Shown here piece after piece: positions 43,135 through 50,084 of a stretch of 50,084 nt of DNA. The stretch is from positions 1 through 50,084 of the forward strand of contig JABHWG010000137.1 of assembly GCA_018657885.1 (NCBI GenBank), written 5' to 3'. Position numbers and translations under genes: made by a program. Under the pieces are notes generated by a model. The model was given only the letters and a program-made list of their open reading frames with translations. It made no database searches and had not been told where the DNA came from. This DNA comes from Pelagibacteraceae bacterium (GTDB taxonomy: Bacteria > Pseudomonadota > Alphaproteobacteria > HIMB59 > GCA-002718135). How positions within the stretch are numbered: position 1 is the first letter of the stretch; every line of letters begins with the position of its first letter.

Positions 43135-44049
43135 ATGTCAATTTATCTCCCTATCGCCGAAATGAATGTTAACATATTCTTAATCGTTTTTATTGGTATG
43201 CTTGTTGGGGCTTTATCTGGTTTATTTGGTGTAGGTGGTGGTTTTTTGATGACTCCTTTTTTAATTTTTTTAGGCATACCTCCTGTTGTTGCTGTAGGTT
43301 CAGAAGCACCTCATGTTTTAGCTTCAAGTGTGTCTGGAGTTATAGCACATTGGAGAAAAAAAAATGTAGATTTTAAAATGGGTTTTTTTTTACTATTAGG
43401 AGGTGTTGCTGGCTCAACACTTGGGGTAAATATTTTTAAATTATTAAGTTCATATGGTCAGATAGATATTGTAATTCAATTTTTATTTATAATTTTCTTG
43501 GGCTTCATTGGTATATCAATGGCTTTTGAAAGTGCGAGAACTACAATCAAAAACTATCGGACAACTTCAGCGATTAGAACCAAATTGCACCAACATTCTT
43601 GGATACATGGCCTTCCTTTCAAACTTAGATTTCATCGTTCAAAATTATATATCTCCACAATTCCACCAATAATAATTGGTTTTTTTGTTGGAGTATTATC
43701 AGCCATGATGGGTGTAGGGGGAGGTTTTATAATGATACCCGCAATGGTTTATATTTTAGGCATGTCAACAAATGTTGTTGTTGGTACTTCTTTATTTCAA
43801 ATTATTTTTGTGACAGCAAATTCAACTTTTTTTCAATCTTATTTAAATCAAACAGTGGATATTGTTTTATCCGCTCTTATGATTCTTGGTGGAGTTATAG
43901 GTGCGCAAATTGGTGTAAGGATTGGCTCTAAATTAAAAGCAGAATATTTAAGAGGTATTTTAGCAATTTTAGTTTTACTAGTTTGTGCAAAAATATTAAC
44001 AGGTTTAATTTTAACTCCATCTGATTTGTTCACAACTTCAATATTGTGA
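43135..44049 (+). CDS. TauE/SafE (TSUP) family putative sulfite exporter
   Basis: MSIYLPIAEM start; duplicated GLFGVGGGFLMTP / AMMGVGGGFIMIP repeats; multiple TM segments. Confidence 0.88.
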   Translation: MSIYLPIAEMNVNIFLIVFIGMLVGALSGLFGVGGGFLMTPFLIFLGIPPVVAVGSEAPHVLASSVSGVIAHWRKKNVDFKMGFFLLLGGVAGSTLGVNIFKLLSSYGQIDIVIQFLFIIFLGFIGISMAFESARTTIKNYRTTSAIRTKLHQHSWIHGLPFKLRFHRSKLYISTIPPIIIGFFVGVLSAMMGVGGGFIMIPAMVYILGMSTNVVVGTSLFQIIFVTANSTFFQSYLNQTVDIVLSALMILGGVIGAQIGVRIGSKLKAEYLRGILAILVLLVCAKILTGLILTPSDLFTTSIL

Positions 44050-46979
44050 TGAACCCATTTAAAAATCAAACAGAGGAAGTTCAAACATCACCCAAGGTAA
44101 GTGATGAGATAAAACAAACTACATGTTTCATGTGCGCTTGCAGATGTGGTATTAATGTCCACTTATTAGATAATAAAATAAGATACATCGAAGGTAATAA
44201 AAATCATCCAACTAACAAGGGCGTACTATGTGCAAAAGGTTCTGCTGGAATTATGCAGCAAAACTCTCCTGCTAAGTTAACAAAACCACTTCTGAGAACT
44301 GGAGAGAGGGGTAAAGGGGAATTTAAGGAAATTGAATGGTCTGAAGCTATGGAAATTGCTACAACTTGGTTATCAGAAATTCGAAACACTGATCCCAAAA
44401 AACTAGCATTTTTTACTGGAAGAGATCAAAGTCAATCATTAACTGGTTGGTGGGCCAATCAATTTGGCACATGTAATTTTGCAGCCCATGGAGGTTTTTG
44501 CTCGGTCAATATGGCAGCTGCAGGATTATATACAATAGGTGGTTCTTTTTGGGAATTTGGAGAAGTTGACTGGGAGCACACTAAATATTTTATTTTGTTT
44601 GGATGTGCAGAAGACCACCATTCAAATCCAATAAAAATGGGATTAGGGAAACTTAAATCTAAAGATGATAGTAAATTTGTATCTATTAACCCAATTAAAA
44701 CAGGGTACTCAGCTATAGCGGATGAATGGATTGGCATACGACCAGGCACTGATGGTTTGCTAGTCCATAGTATTATTTACGAATTATTAAAATCAAATAA
44801 AGTTGATTGGGAGTATCTTAAACGTTACACAAATTCAAATTGGCTCGTTTACAATAACCCTGGAAAAGAAAATCATGGTTTATTTGCAAGAGATGAAAAC
44901 AATTCTCCTCTTGTATACTGTAAAGATAATAAAAAAATAACTACGACAAAAGATCAGAATTCTAATTCTGCTTTTTTTGGAAAATACAAATATAATAATT
45001 TAGAGGTTATTCCATCTTTTGAATTACTATCAAAAGAATATTTAAAACCAAAATATAAACCTGAAAATATTTCTAGTTCCATTGATGTAGAAGTCGATGT
45101 GATAAAAAGAATTGCTGCAGAAATAGCTGAAACTGCATTTGAAAAAGAGATTGAGATTAAAGTTGAATGGGAAGATTTTAATGGAAAAAAAAATTCTTCT
45201 TTTAAAGGAAGGCCAGTTTCAATGCACGCCATGCGCGGTATTTCAGCTCACTCCAATGGATTTAATACTTGCAAATTAATTCATATTCTTCAAACCCTAC
45301 TTGGGTCAATTGATGTTCCAGGGGGTTTTAGGTACAAAGCGCCATATCCAAAGCATGTTGTTCCAGGCCCAAAACCAGCTGGTAAAATAGTTAAAGCAAA
45401 TACTCCAATTGGAGGAATGCCTCTTGGCTTTCCTACCTCACCAGATGATTTGTTAACTGATGACAATGAAAACCCATTAAGAATAGATAAAGCATATAGT
45501 TGGGAAAATCCTTTATCTGCTCATGGATTAATACATATGGTAATCAATAATGCATGGAAGGGCGATCCGTACAAAATTGATGTACTTTTTATGTACATGG
45601 CAAATATGGCTTGGAACTCTTCTATGAATACAAAGGAAACGATAAAAAAATTAACAGATAAAGACAAAGATACTGGGGAATATAAAATCCCTAAAATAAT
45701 TTATAGTGATGCTTATTATTCAGAGACAGTTCCTTATGCTGACTTAGTTTTACCAGATACGACTTTTCTTGAAAGATGGGATTGCATATCACTCTTAGAT
45801 AGGCCAATAAGCTCTGCTGACAGTGCTGCAGATGCCATAAGGCAACCTATTATCAAACCGTCAAGAGATGTGAAACCATTTCAAGATGTTTTGATTGAGT
45901 TAGGGGCTAGACTGGGGCTTCCTGGATTTGTAAACGAAGATTTCTCAGCTAAATTTCCTAATGGGTATAGTGACTATATTGTTAATCATGAAAGACAGCC
46001 TGGTGTAGGTCCTTTGGCAGGATGGAGAGGAGATGGTAATGAATTTGGAAAGGGTGCGATCAACAAGAATCAAATTCACGAATATATAGATAATGGCTGT
46101 TTTCATAGTCATGAATTTAGTGAAAATCAAAAATATTTTAAGTTTACAAATAAAGCTTATTTAGATTTTGCACATGAAATGGGTTGGATTGCCAAAAATG
46201 AACCTATTGTTATGCAATTATATAGTGAAGAAATGCAAAAATTTAGATTAGCAGGAGAGGGTTTCGGTAAGAAAATTCCTCCAGATCATTTAAAAGAAAG
46301 AATTATAAAATATTTTGATCCAATCCCTTCCTGGTATCAACCATTCGAAGAAAAATTAAATGCAGATAATAATAAAATTTATGAATTATATGCCGTGACT
46401 CAAAGACCTCCACACATGTATCATTCTTGGGGCTCTCAAAACGCTTGGCTAAGACAAATAACTAATTTAAATTATTTGTATATTAGTAAACATATTGCAA
46501 AAACAAATAATCTCAAGAATTTTGATTGGGTTTGGCTCGAGAGTTTTAGTAGTAAAATAAAAGTTCAATGTAAAATCATGCAAGGAGTTAATAAAAATAC
46601 TGTATGGACATGGAACGCTATTGGTAAAAGAAAAGGTGCTTGGAACTTAAGTCCCGACGCTCCAGAATCGAACAAAGGTTTTTTATTAAATCATTTAATC
46701 TCTGATGTTCTTTCAAATGCAAGCAACAAAAATTCAATAATATCTAATTCAGATCCCATAACCGGTCAGGCCGCTTGGTATGACTTAAAAGTAAAGATTT
46801 ATAAATGTAGTGATGAAGAGAATGATGGAAAAATTTACCCAAGTTTTGAAATAATTAAAAATAATTCAAGAAGAAATATTTCTATTAATGATTATGGCAA
46901 ACAATTTCCAAAAGAATATAGTAAGAATAATTTAACTAAAATTAAAGAATTCATCGGAAACAGCAAAAATATAAAATGA
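44049..46979 (+). CDS. soeA: sulfite:quinone oxidoreductase molybdopterin subunit
   Basis: TTCFMCACRCG...LCAKG [4Fe-4S], FFTGRDQSQ, AHGGFCSVNMAAAG, HAMRGISAHSNGF, MYHSWGSQNAWLRQI, SDPITGQAAWYDL; no Tat peptide; TGATG overlap with tauE. Confidence 0.88.
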   Translation: MNPFKNQTEEVQTSPKVSDEIKQTTCFMCACRCGINVHLLDNKIRYIEGNKNHPTNKGVLCAKGSAGIMQQNSPAKLTKPLLRTGERGKGEFKEIEWSEAMEIATTWLSEIRNTDPKKLAFFTGRDQSQSLTGWWANQFGTCNFAAHGGFCSVNMAAAGLYTIGGSFWEFGEVDWEHTKYFILFGCAEDHHSNPIKMGLGKLKSKDDSKFVSINPIKTGYSAIADEWIGIRPGTDGLLVHSIIYELLKSNKVDWEYLKRYTNSNWLVYNNPGKENHGLFARDENNSPLVYCKDNKKITTTKDQNSNSAFFGKYKYNNLEVIPSFELLSKEYLKPKYKPENISSSIDVEVDVIKRIAAEIAETAFEKEIEIKVEWEDFNGKKNSSFKGRPVSMHAMRGISAHSNGFNTCKLIHILQTLLGSIDVPGGFRYKAPYPKHVVPGPKPAGKIVKANTPIGGMPLGFPTSPDDLLTDDNENPLRIDKAYSWENPLSAHGLIHMVINNAWKGDPYKIDVLFMYMANMAWNSSMNTKETIKKLTDKDKDTGEYKIPKIIYSDAYYSETVPYADLVLPDTTFLERWDCISLLDRPISSADSAADAIRQPIIKPSRDVKPFQDVLIELGARLGLPGFVNEDFSAKFPNGYSDYIVNHERQPGVGPLAGWRGDGNEFGKGAINKNQIHEYIDNGCFHSHEFSENQKYFKFTNKAYLDFAHEMGWIAKNEPIVMQLYSEEMQKFRLAGEGFGKKIPPDHLKERIIKYFDPIPSWYQPFEEKLNADNNKIYELYAVTQRPPHMYHSWGSQNAWLRQITNLNYLYISKHIAKTNNLKNFDWVWLESFSSKIKVQCKIMQGVNKNTVWTWNAIGKRKGAWNLSPDAPESNKGFLLNHLISDVLSNASNKNSIISNSDPITGQAAWYDLKVKIYKCSDEENDGKIYPSFEIIKNNSRRNISINDYGKQFPKEYSKNNLTKIKEFIGNSKNIK

Positions 46980-47716
46980 CATCTTTGCCAAAAAAACAAA
47001 ATAAAAAACTTGGTCTCGTAATTGATTTAGATATCTGTGTGGGTTGCCATGCCTGTGCCGTAAGCTGTAAAGAGTGGAATACATCAGGACATTCATCGCC
47101 CCTTCATGATATCGATCCATACGGTGATGATCCAACTGGTGTTTGGTTTAATAGAATTCATACATTTGAAGTTGAAAATGAGATTAATGGAAGTAAAACA
47201 GTGCATTTTCCAAAGAGCTGTTTACATTGCAGCGATGCTCCATGTGTAACAGTTTGCCCAACTGGTGCTTCCTACAAAAGAGAAGAAGATGGGATTGTTT
47301 TAGTCAACCCAGATACTTGTATTGGATGTAAATTGTGTTCGTGGGCATGCCCATATGGTGCCAGAGAATATGATGAGGAGGCAGGCATAATGAAAAAATG
47401 CACTTTATGTGTAGATAAAATATACAACGAAAATTTGCCAGAAAGTGACAGAGTTCCTGCTTGCGTATCAACTTGTCCAGCAGGAGCAAGAAGCTTTGGT
47501 AACTTAGGGGATGAAAACTCTGAAATATTCAGGTTAGTCGAAGAAAGAAATGGATATGATCTTATGCCTGAACAAGAATGTGCTCCGACAAATAAATACC
47601 TTCCGCCAAGAGAGAAAAATGATCAGTTTAGTAGTGACAAATTAAGTTCCGTGACTCAAGACAATGATTTCACCTTTGAAACATGGAAAGAAATAATCAA
47701 AGATGCATCCAAGTAA
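46976..47716 (+). CDS. soeB: SoeB four-cluster [4Fe-4S] subunit
   Basis: CVGCHACAVSC, CLHC...CVTVCP, CIGCKLCSWACP, CTLC...CVSTCP. Confidence 0.88.
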   Translation: MTSLPKKQNKKLGLVIDLDICVGCHACAVSCKEWNTSGHSSPLHDIDPYGDDPTGVWFNRIHTFEVENEINGSKTVHFPKSCLHCSDAPCVTVCPTGASYKREEDGIVLVNPDTCIGCKLCSWACPYGAREYDEEAGIMKKCTLCVDKIYNENLPESDRVPACVSTCPAGARSFGNLGDENSEIFRLVEERNGYDLMPEQECAPTNKYLPPREKNDQFSSDKLSSVTQDNDFTFETWKEIIKDASK

Positions 47717-48647
47717 GTCTACAATATTTTTTACTGTATTTTCTGGAACTGGTTACGGGATAATACTATGTCTTTCTTGCCTCTCATTAATTACACAGAT
47801 AAATTTTGATAGTGATTTTAAATTAATTCTTATTATTGTAAGCTTTGCTTTTATTTGCTCTGGACTACTATCATCAACTCTTCATTTGGGTCACCCTGAA
47901 AGAGCTTGGAGATCTTTTAGTCAATGGAAATCCTCTTGGTTATCTAGAGAAGGCTTAGCAGCGATTTTTACTTTTATCCCTTTGGTGTTATTTTATCTTC
48001 TTTGGTATCTTGAAAATAATCTTTTTATATTTTTTTTGCATCTTTCTTCTATTTTATGTTTAGTAACAGTCTACTGTACTGGTCAAATATATGCTACTTT
48101 AAAAACTATCCCTGTGTGGAACAATAAACTCGTCACACCTATTTATATAATTAATGCCATATGTATGGGAGCGCTTAGTATCTACTGTTTGGCTTGCTTT
48201 TATGAAGTTAAGGTTATCTATTTATATCATTTAACTATTTCAAGTTTAGTATTGTGTTTATTTTTCAAACTTACTTATTGGTATTATATTAATAAAAATA
48301 CTAAAAGCACTGCAAATTCTGCAACAGGATTAGGTGGGAAAAATAAAAACGTATCATTATTTGAAGGTCCACATACAGGAAAAAACTTTTTAACTACTGA
48401 AATGATAAATAAAATTAAAAAAGAAAAAGCAAATTTTTTAAGAGTATGCTTTTCGATATTAACGTGCGTGTTACCTATTTATATGATTGTACAAGAAGCA
48501 AGTCTTATAATTGATATCTTTATATTAAAATTATCTTTTTTTATAATTTTTATTTTTGCGATAATTGGCATGCTGATTGAAAGATATCTATTTTTCATTC
48601 AAGCAAAGCATGTGGTAAGTTTATACTATGGGGAAAACAAGGTATAA
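47703..48647 (+). CDS. soeC: SoeC membrane anchor (DmsC/NrfD family)
   Basis: MHPSKSTIFFTVFSGTGYG, HLGHPERAWRSFSQWKSSWLSREG, ERYLFF; about 8 TM segments. Confidence 0.87.
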   Translation: MHPSKSTIFFTVFSGTGYGIILCLSCLSLITQINFDSDFKLILIIVSFAFICSGLLSSTLHLGHPERAWRSFSQWKSSWLSREGLAAIFTFIPLVLFYLLWYLENNLFIFFLHLSSILCLVTVYCTGQIYATLKTIPVWNNKLVTPIYIINAICMGALSIYCLACFYEVKVIYLYHLTISSLVLCLFFKLTYWYYINKNTKSTANSATGLGGKNKNVSLFEGPHTGKNFLTTEMINKIKKEKANFLRVCFSILTCVLPIYMIVQEASLIIDIFILKLSFFIIFIFAIIGMLIERYLFFIQAKHVVSLYYGENKV

Positions 48648-49391
48648 ATGCAGTATAAAATTTATAAATTAAGTATTTTTTTAATTATTGTTTTTTTTAC
48701 TAAAATAATTTTTGCCCAAGCTTACTTTGATCTATCAGAAAATAATATAAAAATTAAAACAGATTTTAATGGAAAAGAAATAATTGTATTTGGAATTTTA
48801 AATGATGAACAAGAAACTTTAATAACTATAAAAGGTCCTGAAAAAAAAGCAGTAATAAATAAAAAAGAAAGAATTTTAGGTTTTTGGTTCAATACTAAAA
48901 AAATTACTTATAATAAAGTCCCAAGTATTTTTTTTATTGCCTCATCAGCTGAACTTGAAGATATCTTACCCACTTCAACTTTAATAAAACAAGAACTCAG
49001 TTTTGACTATTTACTTGAAAATAAATTATCAAAAAGAAATTTTATATCAAACTCTACTCTTAAAAATTGGAAAGATAATTTTATCAGAATAAAAAAAAAT
49101 AAAAATTTATTCAAAAAATATCAAATAGATAAAATTGAAAATAAACTTTTTCAAACAAGAGTATTCTTTCCCGCTGAATCTTTACCAGGGGAATATAAAA
49201 TTAATGTTTATCAAATAAAAGATAACATAATTATTAACATGAAGGAAAAAACTATAACATTAGCTAAATCAGGAATAGGAAGTAAAATATATGATTTTGC
49301 TCACAATAATTCAGCAGCTTATGGTTTGTTTGCAATTATTTTTGCTATATTGTCAGGTTTTTTAGCTGCTTCAATGTTTAGGAGATTATAA
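48648..49391 (+). CDS. conserved alphaproteobacterial membrane protein (TIGR02186-like)
   Basis: Signal-like N-terminus; IKTDFNGKEIIVFG, KKERILGFWFN, C-terminal TM helix AYGLFAIIFAILSGFLA..FRR. Confidence 0.8.
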   Translation: MQYKIYKLSIFLIIVFFTKIIFAQAYFDLSENNIKIKTDFNGKEIIVFGILNDEQETLITIKGPEKKAVINKKERILGFWFNTKKITYNKVPSIFFIASSAELEDILPTSTLIKQELSFDYLLENKLSKRNFISNSTLKNWKDNFIRIKKNKNLFKKYQIDKIENKLFQTRVFFPAESLPGEYKINVYQIKDNIIINMKEKTITLAKSGIGSKIYDFAHNNSAAYGLFAIIFAILSGFLAASMFRRL

Positions 49392-49864
49392 TGAATGATA
49401 ATAGATACATACTTGTAATAGCTGATAATTCTAATGAGATGGAAATAGCCCTTGAGTATGCTTGTGCAAGATCAAAAAAAACAAGTAGAAAAATTATTAT
49501 TGCAACATTTATCGAACCTTTGGATGTTTTAACAACACAAGGTGTTACTGAAATTATGAAAAACGAAGCAAGAGATACTGCGGAGTTACTTCTTCAAAAG
49601 GCTGCCAGTCATGTCAAAGATAAAACAGGTGAAATGCCAGCATTAGCTATAAGAGAGGGTGAAACGATTACTGAATTAAAAAAACTTATAGAGGAAGAAA
49701 AAAATATTAATGTTTTAGTATTGGCAGCAAATTCTGATCCTAAAAACAAAGATTCAAATACAATAATTAATTCTCTTCTTAGTCAAGAAATAACAAATAT
49801 GAGAATTCCTATTATGATTGTTCCAGGTAATTTTTCTAAAGATCATATTGCGTTGATTAGCTAG
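49391..49864 (+). CDS. universal stress protein (Usp family)
   Basis: ILVIADNS..ALEYA, IREG, VLVLA, IPIMIVPG. Confidence 0.85.
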   Translation: MNDNRYILVIADNSNEMEIALEYACARSKKTSRKIIIATFIEPLDVLTTQGVTEIMKNEARDTAELLLQKAASHVKDKTGEMPALAIREGETITELKKLIEEEKNINVLVLAANSDPKNKDSNTIINSLLSQEITNMRIPIMIVPGNFSKDHIALIS

Positions 49865-49866
49865 AA

Positions 49867-50084
49867 ATGTCTGAAATTGTTGCTGAAAAACTAATTGATA
49901 TTAAATCAGTTCAATTCTCTTTTAATAAGCATTTTACCCTAACATCAGGCCTTAAGTCTCCAGTCTATGTAGACTGCCGAAAAATTATTTCATTTATTGA
50001 TGAGAGAGATTTTATTATGAATGAGGCAGTAGAATATTTTAAAAAAAATAATTTAAATTTTGATTTAGTTGCTGGAGGAGAAAC
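49867..50084 (+). CDS. pyrE: orotate phosphoribosyltransferase (3' end runs off the window)
   Basis: Manual translation MSEIVAEKLIDIKSV...FTLTSGLKSPVYVDCRKIIS...VAGGET. Confidence 0.92.
   Translation, partial: MSEIVAEKLIDIKSVQFSFNKHFTLTSGLKSPVYVDCRKIISFIDERDFIMNEAVEYFKKNNLNFDLVAGGE

Noticed and set aside
44049-48647. Alternative call as periplasmic DMSO, polysulfide or tetrathionate reductase
   Set aside because: No twin-arginine signal peptide; SoeA-type motifs and the adjacent TauE-family gene favour SoeABC.

Overview
Very AT-rich, tightly packed chromosome segment from an alphaproteobacterium; the gene content fits a streamlined, probably marine lineage. Bases 1-34.3 kb are core housekeeping: gshA-gshB, tRNA-Leu, lipB, rluC-crcB, the contiguous tuf-secE-nusG-rplKAJL-rpoBC-str-S10-spc-alpha supercluster on the minus strand, four more tRNAs and rlmB. 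The supercluster lacks the tuf copy after fusA and lacks rpmD. RpoB carries a 25-aa insert that I recall as a Rhodospirillales signature. Bases 34.4-50 kb form a Mo/W-enzyme locus: an unannotated 39-aa lipoprotein, a two-subunit NAD-linked formate dehydrogenase of the Methylorubrum Fdh1AB (tungsten) type, tusA, moeA, mobB, an orphan tupB-like permease, fdhD and mobA. These are followed by a soeABC sulfite:quinone oxidoreductase sitting inside the tauE-TIGR02186-usp block, then partial pyrE. I saw no mobile elements, CRISPR arrays or rRNA. All calls come from motif recognition by eye; no searches were run.
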